Origin: Nostoc sp. DedSLP01
Lineage (GTDB): Bacteria; Cyanobacteriota; Cyanobacteriia; Cyanobacteriales; Nostocaceae
DNA length: 64,000 nt
Direction: 5' to 3'
Assembly: GCA_034530875.2 (NCBI GenBank)
Contig: JAVRCJ020000016.1
Location: 32,001-96,000, forward strand
This document shows positions 1 through 11,214 of this stretch, in pieces (the first letter of the stretch is position 1; each line of letters opens with the position of its first letter). The notes beneath the pieces are model-generated. The model saw only the letters and a program-made list of their open reading frames with translations. It searched no databases and was not told the origin of the DNA. Position numbers and translations under genes: made by a program.

Positions 1-1
1 T

Positions 2-346
2 AGTTTTGCGCCCATTACTCTATTTTTCTTAATCACTACCAATAATTATCAATTTTTGATTCTTTTAAATGTCTTCATTTTTGCGCTAACTGGATTTATT
101 GGAATTTCATCCTTATATCACGCCACGAGTTTAGTTTTAGAACAAGATAATGAAGGTACTAAGACACGCCAGAAGATTTTACAATTTTGGCTATTTCTTT
201 ATGCTTTCGTTGGTAGTCAGCTAGGATGGACTCTCAGACCATTTTTTGGCACACCTGATTCTGCATTTCAATTGTTCCGAGAAAGAGAAGGAAATTTTTA
301 TCTGAGTGTAATTCAAGCTATTAGCTATTTGTTGGGAAACCGTTAA
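2..346 (+). CDS. Integral membrane protein, 5'-truncated by window edge; paralog of 390..1097
   Basis: Frame is open from base 2 (SFAPITLFFLITTNNYQFLILLNV...) and aligns with the C-terminal half of the next ORF, including LYAFVGxQLGWxxRPFFG. Confidence 0.85.
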   Translation, partial: SFAPITLFFLITTNNYQFLILLNVFIFALTGFIGISSLYHATSLVLEQDNEGTKTRQKILQFWLFLYAFVGSQLGWTLRPFFGTPDSAFQLFREREGNFYLSVIQAISYLLGNR

Positions 347-389
347 TTTCCGATTATAAATCCAAGAAAATATCAACTGTAAATCCATT

Positions 390-1097
390 ATGTTGGAAAA
401 GCAATCTCGCGGCGTTAAACAATTTAATGTTTTAGTGAATTTACTACGCGATCGCCAGTCATTTTTAGAAGAAATTCGTCTGGGAATCAGATTACAAAGT
501 AAAATCAGTTCTCTGTTCGTATCTAGCTCGATTTGCTTTGCCATCTATGGAGCAATTATCGGCGCATCCCACGGCTGGGCACAGGCATTATCTAGCGCTA
601 TCAAACTACCCACCTTTTATTTATTAACGCTGATAATTTGTTTTCCCACTTTATTCTTTTTTAATGTTTTGTTTGGTTCTCGGAGTAGCATTCAACAACA
701 TTTCGTTGTCTTGCTCACATCTGTATCAGTCATTAGTGTACTTTTATTCAGTTTTGCACCAGTCACACTATTTTTTCTGATAACTACCCCTGACTCTTAT
801 CAATTTTTCAAACTGTTGAATGTCTTCATCTTTGGAATCACAGGTATTTTTGGCGTTAAATTTCTTTATGAAGGAATACAATTACTGTCACAACAAGATG
901 AAGTAGGGAAAAAAACCCGCACTACGATTTTAAGATCGTGGTTATTGCTTTATGCCTTTGTTGGAATGCAGCTAGGATGGTTTTTCAGACCATTTTTTGG
1001 TGCCCCCGACTCTAAATTTGAGTTATTTCGAGCCGTGAAAGGTAACTTTTACTTAGATATAGTAGCCGCAATTTCAGAAATTTTAGGTTTGCGTTAA
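390..1097 (+). CDS. Conserved multi-pass membrane protein (Yip1-like), function unknown
   Basis: 235 aa, several hydrophobic segments, tandem paralog upstream. Confidence 0.8.
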   Translation: MLEKQSRGVKQFNVLVNLLRDRQSFLEEIRLGIRLQSKISSLFVSSSICFAIYGAIIGASHGWAQALSSAIKLPTFYLLTLIICFPTLFFFNVLFGSRSSIQQHFVVLLTSVSVISVLLFSFAPVTLFFLITTPDSYQFFKLLNVFIFGITGIFGVKFLYEGIQLLSQQDEVGKKTRTTILRSWLLLYAFVGMQLGWFFRPFFGAPDSKFELFRAVKGNFYLDIVAAISEILGLR

Positions 1098-1244
1098 TCA
1101 CATACCATGACTTGTGGTACAAAGCTTAACAAGCAGCAGTTAAACATTTGTGCTTTTTATAGCTTGGCAAATTGGCAACTATTACAAAAATAACTCTGTT
1201 ATTTTCAATACCATACAAGGTGTATTTGCACTTTCAAGCTATTT

Positions 1245-1316
1245 AGACGGGTTACAACCCGTCTTTATTTATAGCCAAAAACCCAGTCGTTATGACTGGG
1301 CTTTTGGTGGGCTATA
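1245..1316. terminator. Two adjacent hairpins, probable bidirectional terminator or end of a small RNA
   Basis: AGACGGGTT-AC-AACCCGTCT (1245-1264); CCCAGTCG-TTA-TGACTGGG flanked by A and T tracts with outer TATAGCC/GGCTATA pairing (1270-1316). Confidence 0.55.
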
Positions 1317-1539
1317 TGACCCGAAGGTTAGTTATAGAAGTTAGATATAAGTCGTTCATTGTTCTGATAATTACTACAACCCCGAGATTGGGAATTCCAG
1401 AAAATGAGTGCTGTTGTTTCCTTGTGCATTTTATCGAAACAATCGGCTCTAATACCGTACTTCGTCCAAAGTTTTTGGAATGGGGTATAAATCCTCATTA
1501 CAAAAATAACCTCCTGTCCCCTGCCCCCTGCCTTCGTTA

Positions 1540-2643
1540 TTATCTGGAACTCGCTGAACTCGACTGTGGTTCGGCTGAAACAGGCACATCACTGGGACTC
1601 GTAGGAGTTTCAGGTTGATTTTCTGTCTGTGGCACAGGTGTTTGTTCTACATTACTTGTAGAATCTGAATTCTGGGAAGGAGTAGCAGTTTGGGCTTGGG
1701 GTTGCTGCTGGTCTTTCTTCTGGGCAATTTGCTGCATTAGCTGTTCAATTTTTTGGGCTTGTTCGATATTGCCTTGCTGACGATATTCATTATGAGCGCG
1801 TTTCAATGCTCCGTTAGCTTTTTTGATCTCGCCCTGATTATATAAAGTTACTCCCAAGTTATAGTAAGCTGAGGCATTTTTGGGATCTTGACGAATAGCT
1901 TGCCGATAAACAGAAATCGCTTCAGCAGGTTGACCGTGAATAGCCAGCAAACTTGCCATATTGTTGTAGGCTGCGGCATTTTTGGGATCTAGCTGTAAGG
2001 CTTGGCGATAATTAGCGATCGCAGCTTCTATATTTCCTTGCTGTTGCAAGGCGATCGCTAAGTTAAAATAAGCGTTGGCGTTACTGGTATCGAGATTAAT
2101 TGCTTGTTGATATGAAGCAATGGCTTCTTGTAACTGTCCTTGTTCGTACAGTACTAAGCCTAAATTATACAAAGTATCAACTTTTGTTGGATTGATAACC
2201 AAGCTTTGGCGATAAGCAGTAATTGCTGCTTGTTTTTCTCCTTGTCGATACAAGACTAATCCCAAGTTGTAATAAGCTTCACTAAAATTGGGATTAATTT
2301 TAATTGCCTCTGCATATTCTTGAACAGCCACATCCAAGCGATTTTGTTGCAAGAAGATATTGCCAAGATAGTTCCTTGCAGCACTCAAGTTAGGATCTTT
2401 CTGCAATGCTTGACGAAAGGCATATTCTGCACCCTGGAAATCATTGCGGTTATAGCGGACAACTCCCTGTTGAAAGAAGCTTGCTGCTTCCAAGTCCTGA
2501 GAAATCACCTTTTGTGCTAACAGCTTGCTTCCTGGAAAATTAATAATTGTTGGTGCAGCCAAAACCACAAAGGCAGAACAACCAGAGAGTGTAATTTGGA
2601 AAAATAAATGTAACCACTGAGAAACTGGGTATTTTTTGGACAT
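1540..2643 (-). CDS. Tetratricopeptide repeat protein with N-terminal signal/anchor and low-complexity C-terminal tail
   Basis: About 7 TPRs (e.g. AYYNLGLVLYRQGEKQAAITAYRQSLVINP); ATG at 2643 preferred over the track start 2679. Confidence 0.9.
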   Translation of the reverse strand: MSKKYPVSQWLHLFFQITLSGCSAFVVLAAPTIINFPGSKLLAQKVISQDLEAASFFQQGVVRYNRNDFQGAEYAFRQALQKDPNLSAARNYLGNIFLQQNRLDVAVQEYAEAIKINPNFSEAYYNLGLVLYRQGEKQAAITAYRQSLVINPTKVDTLYNLGLVLYEQGQLQEAIASYQQAINLDTSNANAYFNLAIALQQQGNIEAAIANYRQALQLDPKNAAAYNNMASLLAIHGQPAEAISVYRQAIRQDPKNASAYYNLGVTLYNQGEIKKANGALKRAHNEYRQQGNIEQAQKIEQLMQQIAQKKDQQQPQAQTATPSQNSDSTSNVEQTPVPQTENQPETPTSPSDVPVSAEPQSSSASSR

Positions 2644-2742
2644 GAATACCAGACCTATACTTATTTTTAAACTCCTCATAAAGTCAGAGTACCCACGACG
2701 CCCAAAAAAAATGCCAAATTCTCAACTTTTAACTCCCAATTC

Positions 2743-2773
2743 TTGTACAGACAAGGGTTCATCGCGTCTCTAC
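2743..2773. repeat. Degenerate GTAG-type REP-like palindrome overlapping the queA stop
   Basis: TGTACAGAC...ATCGCGTCTCTAC resembles common cyanobacterial GTAGAGACGCGAT REP-like elements. Confidence 0.45.
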
Positions 2774-3957
2774 TGACTCCCGACTCCCACAGCTTCCGGT
2801 AAAATCAGCATGGCATCACCGAAAGAATAGAAACGATACCGAGAAGCGATCGCCTCGTTGTATATTTTTAACAACCGTTGTCTGCCAATCAGCGCACTCA
2901 CCAACATCAGCAAACTCGAACGTGGCAGGTGAAAATTCGTAATTAAACCATCAACTACCCGCCATTGGTAACCCGGATAAATAAACAAGTTTGTCTTACC
3001 ACAAAATGGTTCCAAAATACCAGATTGAGCCGCCCCTTCCAAAGCCCGTACTACTGTTGTCCCCACAGCAATAATTCGGCCGCCAGCAGCTTTGGTAGCG
3101 CGCATTTGCTCTACTGTAGCAGCAGGAACTTCAATCCATTCTTCATGCATTTGGTGGGTAGTTACATCCTCCACTTCCACAGGGCGAAATGTGCCGACAC
3201 CAACATGTAGCGTTACAAAAGCTCGATTAATTTGGCGATCGCTTAACTTTTCTAATAATTCTGGGGTAAAGTGTAATCCTGCCGTAGGAGCTGCGATCGC
3301 TCCTGGTCTTTCGGCATAAACTGTTTGATACTGTTCGTCAGCAGCTTCAGAAGCATTAATGTATGGAGGTAGCGGTACTTCCCCAAATACCTCTAACAGT
3401 TGCACCAAAGATTTCCCCTCTGGCACATCAAATTGCAACAAACGTCCCCCAGTTGCGGCGTCTGTTTCTAAAACCGTAGCGGTAAGTTGGGTACTAGGGG
3501 TTAGGGAAGATTCTTCCCCATCCCTAATACCCAATTGCTTCGCTTCAAAAATAATCCTCGTTCCCAACTTAAAGCGTTTTCCTGGCTTGACTAAAGCTAA
3601 CCAACAGTTATGTTGCCTCTCTTCCAATAGCAAAACTTCGATTTCAGCACCAGTGGATTTATGACCGTAAAGCCGGGCTGGAATCACTTTTGTATTATTC
3701 ATCACTAACAAATCGCCAGACCGCAACAGTGTAGGCAATTCATAGAAAATGTGGTTTAAAGGTGCTGTTTCAATGCCTGTAGTAGGAGAATTGACTACTA
3801 ATAACCGCGATGTATCTCTAGGAAATGCTGGGTTTTGGGCAATCAGTTCTGGAGGTAATTCATAATCATACCCAGCGATCGAACAATCTAATTCCAAATC
3901 TTGTGCTTGCGAAATCGAAGCGTTGTTTAAATTTAACTGTGCTATTTCTCTCTTCAT
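2770..3957 (-). CDS. queA: S-adenosylmethionine:tRNA ribosyltransferase-isomerase
   Basis: [69 protein letters not shown]. Confidence 0.97.
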   Translation of the reverse strand: MKREIAQLNLNNASISQAQDLELDCSIAGYDYELPPELIAQNPAFPRDTSRLLVVNSPTTGIETAPLNHIFYELPTLLRSGDLLVMNNTKVIPARLYGHKSTGAEIEVLLLEERQHNCWLALVKPGKRFKLGTRIIFEAKQLGIRDGEESSLTPSTQLTATVLETDAATGGRLLQFDVPEGKSLVQLLEVFGEVPLPPYINASEAADEQYQTVYAERPGAIAAPTAGLHFTPELLEKLSDRQINRAFVTLHVGVGTFRPVEVEDVTTHQMHEEWIEVPAATVEQMRATKAAGGRIIAVGTTVVRALEGAAQSGILEPFCGKTNLFIYPGYQWRVVDGLITNFHLPRSSLLMLVSALIGRQRLLKIYNEAIASRYRFYSFGDAMLILPEAVGVGSQ

Positions 3958-4205
3958 TTACTGGTATTTATACTGCTGGAAAAATATTGGTTTGAGTTTA
4001 GGCTTATAAGCAACTCTAAGACATTCCTGCTCAATTTTATTTATATAGCAGAAGATAAGTTCTATTCGGTAACACGTATAAATGCAAGATAAAAATTGGG
4101 TAAACCTCCCCATCTAAAAACGGGGGCTTTTACCCTACCGGGAACAGGCATTAATTGACGAATATAGATATGTAGGATTGGCTTTGATCGCAGGCACCAA
4201 CAAAC

Positions 4206-4595
4206 ATGGAATACTTGTATTATTTGGCTAATGCCAGTCTAACTCTGAGGGTCGTTCAATACCTACACGCTAGACCCCAGACACCTGTTTCGTTCGTTAC
4301 CGTAATTCATCAAATTGATGGCTGGGTCGTTAGGATTAAACTTAAAGGTCAAATCTCAGCTCAAGAAGATGGTGACTTTCGCGCTTTTCTAAATGAATTA
4401 GGAATTAGCTACGAGCCACCAATGAGGGTGCAGATGGCACTTTGGAGTTTGGAAGCGGGACAGTGCCCTGTGGATGTAATGCGTCGGTATCAGGTAGCCA
4501 TAGTCTCTCATGGCAGCCCAGAAAGAGATGAAATCGAAGCTTTCCGGCAACAGTTTGTCCGGGGCTTAGGTTATTGCCCAGAAACCTTGGCGTGA
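4206..4595 (+). CDS. Conserved cyanobacterial hypothetical protein
   Basis: 129 aa ORF with protein-like composition; MEYLYYLANASLTLRVV N-terminus looks like a conserved cyanobacterial family. Confidence 0.75.
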   Translation: MEYLYYLANASLTLRVVQYLHARPQTPVSFVTVIHQIDGWVVRIKLKGQISAQEDGDFRAFLNELGISYEPPMRVQMALWSLEAGQCPVDVMRRYQVAIVSHGSPERDEIEAFRQQFVRGLGYCPETLA

Positions 4596-4665
4596 TTTGA
4601 TTTGCTTGTCACGCAAGTACAAAATTATTGGTAATTGGTAATCAAAATATTTTATTCATTACTGA

Positions 4666-5223
4666 TTAACCATTGCTATTATCAATTAAACAGTCGAAAG
4701 CTGCGGGAATGTATTCTTGCAGCCTAAACTCATATCCGGCTGCTGACGAAGTAGCGAGAGCTTCTTGAGTAGCTGTCACCCCAATCATCTTTTTTGATAA
4801 GTCGCGAGAGCAGACAATAGCAACATCAAATCGGCAGGTATAATCTGCTTTTTCAGGATACTGGGCTAAAAATATTCCAGCAGTACGAGAAATTTTTGCT
4901 TGCTTTTGTGCGGTAATTGCGCTTCTTCCCCCTGCATCCCAACTGCCCGAACTGCGGGTTTTAACTTCAACAAATGCCAGTATTGAATTGGGAGTAGGGA
5001 GTGGGGAGTGGGGAGTGGGGGGTGAGGAGTTATGCTCTTTGTCCCCTCTGCTTGTCTGCTCCACACCTCCTCCAGAGTATTCGGCGATAATATCAATCTC
5101 CCCCCAGCGGCAAGAAAAGCGACGATGCAGAATTATCCAACCTGTAGATTGCAACCATTGGGCTACTAAGTCTTCTCCAAAATGACCAGATTTTAGATAA
5201 TGAGATGGAGGAAGGTTAGTCAT
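4666..5223 (-). CDS. yraN: YraN/UPF0102 family protein with an in-frame repeat-derived insertion
   Basis: GEDLVAQWL, GEIDIIA, LAFVEVKTR, CRFDV motifs. Confidence 0.9.
   Translation of the reverse strand: MTNLPPSHYLKSGHFGEDLVAQWLQSTGWIILHRRFSCRWGEIDIIAEYSGGGVEQTSRGDKEHNSSPPTPHSPLPTPNSILAFVEVKTRSSGSWDAGGRSAITAQKQAKISRTAGIFLAQYPEKADYTCRFDVAIVCSRDLSKKMIGVTATQEALATSSAAGYEFRLQEYIPAAFDCLIDNSNG
4989..5030. repeat. STRR heptamer array (GGGGAGT)n inside yraN
   Basis: gggagtagggagtggggagtggggagtgggg; translates as PPTPHSPLPTPNS in YraN. Confidence 0.85.
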
Positions 5224-5822
5224 TGACTAAAAATATCATGAATTCGATGAATTCTAGGTTAAGCGATCGCACAACAGTTTCTCAGCTCGACTCATCCCAT
5301 AATGAGTTGCAGTTGGGGCGTACAAGATATTATTTGATTTGGACAAGTATACTCAGCTTATTTCTTTGGGCAATAGTCGGCGTCACCGTAACCGTGGGTT
5401 TTGCTCCCCCAGCTTTGGCACTGGAATACAATAAAGAAATTTTGGTGGAAGCTGATTTTTCCGGACGCGATTTAACAGACTCCAGCTTTACCAAAGCTAA
5501 TCTTCGCCAGAGCAACTTCACCAATGCTAATTTAAGCGGTGTCAGTTTCTTTGCCGCAAATTTGGAATCTGCGAATTTGGAAGGATCTAACTTGAGAAAT
5601 GCCACTCTAGACTCAGCTCGCCTCATCAAAGCAAATTTGACAAATGCAATATTGGAGGGAGCATTTGCTGCTAATGCCAAGTTTGATGGTGCAGTCATTG
5701 ACGGAGCAGATTTTACTGATGTCCTACTGCGTCCAGACGAACAAAAAAAATTGTGCAAAGTTGCCAAAGGTACTAATCCAACTACGGGACGAGATACGCG
5801 TGATACGTTGTATTGTCCGTAG
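5223..5822 (+). CDS. Pentapeptide repeat protein with signal peptide (start uncertain)
   Basis: A(N/D)L/F pentapeptide runs; C-terminal LCKVAKGTNPTTGRDTRDTLYCP typical of lumenal pentapeptide proteins. Confidence 0.92.
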   Translation: MTKNIMNSMNSRLSDRTTVSQLDSSHNELQLGRTRYYLIWTSILSLFLWAIVGVTVTVGFAPPALALEYNKEILVEADFSGRDLTDSSFTKANLRQSNFTNANLSGVSFFAANLESANLEGSNLRNATLDSARLIKANLTNAILEGAFAANAKFDGAVIDGADFTDVLLRPDEQKKLCKVAKGTNPTTGRDTRDTLYCP

Positions 5823-5825
5823 TAA

Positions 5826-5968
5826 GTAGGGTATGGGGCAATGGGCATTGGGCATTGGGCATTAAAAAGTCAAAAGTCAAAAGTTCTTTAATGCGTGAAT
5901 TTTGAATTTTGAATTGATTTATCTCCCTCATCTCCCTATTCCCCACTCCCCACTCCCCACTCCCCACT
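5826..5968. repeat. Composite STRR block (GGGCATT, AAAAGTC, TTTTGAA, CCCCACT arrays) between convergent genes
   Basis: Read directly from the sequence. Confidence 0.85.
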
Positions 5969-5971
5969 TTT

Positions 5972-6349
5972 CTACCAACCACCAGCACCAAGCTTTTCAC
6001 AAACAAATTGCATTCCTTTGCCTGGTGAAGAATCTGCGACAAAAGGTATTTCTCCTGTTTCCTTATCCTCTTGAAGTAGCTCTCCCTCGGAACCGTAAAT
6101 TGCTATGCGATTGAGAAAAAGCCGCGATTCTGCACACGATGCATCGAATGTAGTCTCAAAGATACCATCTCCATAGATGCCGTAAAGTTTGTATGTTGTA
6201 CCTTTAATACTTGTCGTGTCTAGGGCTATGTCATTTCCTAATTTATCGTGACCTACAGTCACATACCTTTGTCCATCTTCAGCGATGGCTGCACTACTGC
6301 TCAATAAAATAGCGATCGCTCCCACAATGCCGCCTATCTTAAAAGACAT
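5972..6349 (-). CDS. Small secreted hypothetical protein
   Basis: Signal-peptide-like N-terminus ending AAIA; two Cys. Confidence 0.7.
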   Translation of the reverse strand: MSFKIGGIVGAIAILLSSSAAIAEDGQRYVTVGHDKLGNDIALDTTSIKGTTYKLYGIYGDGIFETTFDASCAESRLFLNRIAIYGSEGELLQEDKETGEIPFVADSSPGKGMQFVCEKLGAGGW

Positions 6350-6494
6350 ACAATTTAAAAATATAAGATTTTATCTATTTCTACTCCCGAACCCAGAGAT
6401 TTTGGCACTGTACAAGCACTGAAATCAAGATATAGCAAGGTGTTATACTGTTTTCTAATACCTTGTGGGAAGCCTAAAGCACTAGATAAATTGA

Positions 6495-6728
6495 GGACAC
6501 TACCCAATTCCTCCTTTAGGAGTTGAACTAGGTTTATGGCAAGGAAGTTATTTGAATAATTCTGAGTAATTTTGGTTGCGCTGGTGGGATTTAGAGGAAA
6601 AGCTGTTACTGCTTTGTAAAGAAAAAGCCGAGCTATAAAGACAAAAGGCACAGCAAGCAGAACAAAAAGCTGCACAATTAGCAGAACGCCTCAGAGCAAT
6701 GGGTATCGACCTAGATTTAGTAGAGTAA
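6495..6728 (+). pseudogene. 3' remnant of a Uma2-family endonuclease gene
   Basis: One frame reads GHYPIPPLGVELGLWQGSYLNNSE*FWLRWWDLEEKLLLLCKEKAEL*RQKAQQAEQKAAQLAERLRAMGIDLDLVE*, a typical cyanobacterial Uma2 tail with two internal stops. Confidence 0.8.
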
Positions 6729-6739
6729 TATTTACTAAT

Positions 6740-6925
6740 TTATGGCAAGCCGAAAAACTTAGTAATCATGGGCAAAAGCTGACCACAAACTTCAACTAAT
6801 TTCACTGTAGAAGGCAAATCAGGGATCGCACTTTCAATCACTTGAGGGTTGTTTTTGCTATCTTCTGGGTTTTTACCTGCCTGGGCGATCGCTTTTACTT
6901 TTTCTAAAGCTTCTGCACTGTTCAA
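6740..6925 (-). pseudogene. 3' remnant of a gene carrying a common cyanobacterial C-terminal helical module
   Basis: EALEKVKAIAQAGKNPED...LPSTVKLVEVCGQLLPMITKFFGL; no plausible start, upstream part overlapped by another gene. Confidence 0.55.
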
Positions 6926-6926
6926 G

Positions 6927-7289
6927 TTATTCGGCCTTTTGTAATTCATCATCATTTTCAGATTTATTATGTTTTTGTTCCTGAAAATCATCAAATAATG
7001 CAAATAATTTATCTAAAGCATCACGTTCATCTGCTGAGTAAAATAATAATAAGTTCGCCCATGTATGATTTGTCTTTACAGGACATATTTCTTTTATCCA
7101 CTCTAGAAACTCATCAAACTGTATTTCCTCTTCTGTTTTGGATAATCCAAGATTAATTCGCGCTATCTCATAACCTTGAAGGAATGAGTTAAAATCGAAA
7201 ATACTTTTTCTGCTTAAATACAAACCCGGTCTTCTTCTAATTTCTTTCAAAAGTTCGTAAAACTTCATTTTTAACTCAGATGCTAGCAC
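6927..7289 (-). CDS. Hypothetical protein (likely start ATG 7268)
   Basis: YELLKEIRRRPGLYL...FLQGY...F.EW pattern resembles a small widespread uncharacterised family; AT-rich. Confidence 0.7.
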   Translation of the reverse strand: MLASELKMKFYELLKEIRRRPGLYLSRKSIFDFNSFLQGYEIARINLGLSKTEEEIQFDEFLEWIKEICPVKTNHTWANLLLFYSADERDALDKLFALFDDFQEQKHNKSENDDELQKAE

Positions 7290-7344
7290 TATTTGTAAAA
7301 ATGAACAGCTTGTAAATAATATTCATTTAGACCTGCCTTGAAAA

Positions 7345-7550
7345 TAGGGACTGGGAACTGGGGACTGGTGACTAGGAAAGAAATATTTTCATTCCTTCGT
7401 TGTGAATTGTATTGATGGAGTCTCTTGCAAAAGTCACTATTTTTATCTTTTTCTTTACGCCTTTGCACCGCAGTCGTTCATGGTAAGAACCCCCAAGACC
7501 ATGCTACCTCGCCTTTGGGTGAGACAAAAAATATTGATGCAAGAGGTCTA
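7345..7550. repeat. STRR array plus composite MITE-like/small dispersed repeat
   Basis: GGGGACT units at 7345-7378; CTCTTGCA...TGCAAGAG inverted ends enclosing a CAGTCGTTCATGG...CCCCCAAGACC unit. Confidence 0.5.
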
Positions 7551-7577
7551 TTAGCTAAAAATGTGTGGCAAGAATAT

Positions 7578-9374
7578 TTATTTAACGCTCCTAAACCACT
7601 CAGTAATCCCCTGAGCGATCGCATTTGCCATTTTCTTCTGTTCTTGTGGGTTCACTACCTCCTCAAATTCATCGGGATTGCTCATAAAACCCAATTCCAA
7701 CAACACCGATGGCGCAGCATTGGGACGTGTCAGCGCCAGGTTATCCCAAAATACCCCATAGTCGGGTCTACCGAGGTTTTTAACTACATAATTTTGTAAA
7801 AATATTGCCAGACTGTGCGCTTGGGGATGATACCAAAAAGCGGCGAATCCTTTAGTTTTTTCAGCATCGCCATCATCCGGTAGAGAATTATGATGTATGG
7901 AAATAGCGATCGCTGGTTCTTCTCGATTAATAATTGCTTGACGCTCCACTAAAGAAACTTCCTTGTCGTCCTCCCGCGTCATCACCACGGTTGCCCCTCG
8001 CTTCACCAACTCGTCCCGCAACAACTTGGAAACTACCAAATTGACATCTTTTTCTAAATATCCAGTTGGGCCACTGGCACCAGATTCTTTACCTCCATGC
8101 CCTGGATCTAGTACAATCTTGAGATTAGCTAAAGGCTTTCGTCCTGTGTTCCCAATTTTAGGCGGATGACGCAAAGCCAAAACCAGGGTTGTACCGTCGT
8201 ATCTCAGCTTATATCCCCACTGTTGAGCTTTTTTGAGGTTAAAGGTGTATTTTACTCGATCTGGTGTCTCCTGCTGCCAATCTAGGCGAGAAATTAGGGG
8301 GTCATCACCCAAACGAATAATGTCCGTTTGGGCAGTAGTATTGTAGAGAGTGAGAGTAAAAGTGCGATCGCTCTGTTGTACGCTCACAGGTACGGGGATT
8401 TGTAAGGGGAAAACCATCTCTGTCACGCCAGAGAGTTGACGGTATCCGACACTGCGAATTATTGTTCGTGGCGGAACTGCACCGGGTAAAATGCGGGTTT
8501 CCTGACTATTAATCCAAGCTCCATAGTCTAGGCGCAACCATTCACCTTCCCTACCTGTAACTGTTGCTCGTGTGCTTTTGGGCAGTGGTGTGAGTCGAGA
8601 ATAATCGGTACTGGGGCCAGTGCGTGCTACACCTGCGTCTGCCGTCACCTCAGCAACTGGTAATTCTGCTGCGGACAAGATTTGAACTTTACCATTTCCT
8701 GGTTGAGTTATGGTCTTGCCCTTAAGCGTCAGTTGAAACTGGGGTTGTCCTAAATCGCCGGGATCTGTCACTGTGGTGCAACCTTTGTAGTCACCTACGC
8801 TAGACTGGCCATGAGGCTGATTTTGCCCCGTCAAAGCTGCCAAATTATTTGGTAGTTGAGCTTGTTGTGGTTGGGGGAAAAGGGTAACAGTTTGATTACC
8901 CAGCTGGACAGATACACTGGCATTAGGCGGTGCGATCGCGCTAAAACAAATAAGTTCTCCCGGTAGTCTGGCAATGTCAGCTGCGGGAATGAGGGAACCT
9001 TTTGCGAAGGCTAAACCCTGTGGAAGTTCAGGTACAGTGGCAACCCTTGTCACCTTAATCTGGATTTCGCGATCGCGGTAACGCACAGTAAACAGATTCT
9101 CTCCCAACTGCAAGGGTAAACTCGGAGAAAAATGACCAGCTTTGCTGCGGGTAATTGGCTTACCATCGATCGAAACTTCTCCATCGGGAGATGCTGTGCC
9201 CAGAAAAAAGATTTTTTGGGCACTTGTTTGGTAGTTATTCTCGGGAAAAACTACTACGAGAGATGGCTGTGCTAAGGCTACGGAGGAGGTAAGAATACAA
9301 CCTAATACTACTAATCCTAAGAGGTTTTTCACGGGAAGCTTGTGGAAGATTCGATCGCAGTGACTATGGCACAA
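7578..9374 (-). CDS. N-acetylmuramoyl-L-alanine amidase (Amidase_3) with SH3-like and AMIN-like N-terminal regions; start uncertain
   Basis: IVLDPGHGG, LEKDVNL, ISIHHNS, SVLLELGFMSN zinc-amidase motifs; signal peptide. Confidence 0.93.
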   Translation of the reverse strand: MCHSHCDRIFHKLPVKNLLGLVVLGCILTSSVALAQPSLVVVFPENNYQTSAQKIFFLGTASPDGEVSIDGKPITRSKAGHFSPSLPLQLGENLFTVRYRDREIQIKVTRVATVPELPQGLAFAKGSLIPAADIARLPGELICFSAIAPPNASVSVQLGNQTVTLFPQPQQAQLPNNLAALTGQNQPHGQSSVGDYKGCTTVTDPGDLGQPQFQLTLKGKTITQPGNGKVQILSAAELPVAEVTADAGVARTGPSTDYSRLTPLPKSTRATVTGREGEWLRLDYGAWINSQETRILPGAVPPRTIIRSVGYRQLSGVTEMVFPLQIPVPVSVQQSDRTFTLTLYNTTAQTDIIRLGDDPLISRLDWQQETPDRVKYTFNLKKAQQWGYKLRYDGTTLVLALRHPPKIGNTGRKPLANLKIVLDPGHGGKESGASGPTGYLEKDVNLVVSKLLRDELVKRGATVVMTREDDKEVSLVERQAIINREEPAIAISIHHNSLPDDGDAEKTKGFAAFWYHPQAHSLAIFLQNYVVKNLGRPDYGVFWDNLALTRPNAAPSVLLELGFMSNPDEFEEVVNPQEQKKMANAIAQGITEWFRSVK

Positions 9375-9393
9375 TAACTGGATGTATTTTTAG

Positions 9394-11049
<1,656 letters not shown>

Positions 11050-11214
11050 CAATTAAAAATTCAAGTTGTACTTTCACCGCACCTTTGGTGCGACTCAAAA
11101 TTCAAAATTAATTTTTTAGATTTTGAATTAATCGATAGCAACATTAACTTAGGGCTTGGGTAGATTTGAAATACAGGGTGCATCATTTGTAAGTTTCGGA
11201 CTTGAGGAGATGTT

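Noticed and set aside
5330..5848. 172-aa minus-strand ORF
   Set aside because: Antisense shadow of the pentapeptide repeat gene
4866..6114. Short ORFs rich in PHSPLPTP or GSGEWGVG (also 36273-36455 and 38499-38732)
   Set aside because: Translations of STRR arrays
6355..6675. 106-aa minus-strand ORF
   Set aside because: Largely antisense to the Uma2 remnant
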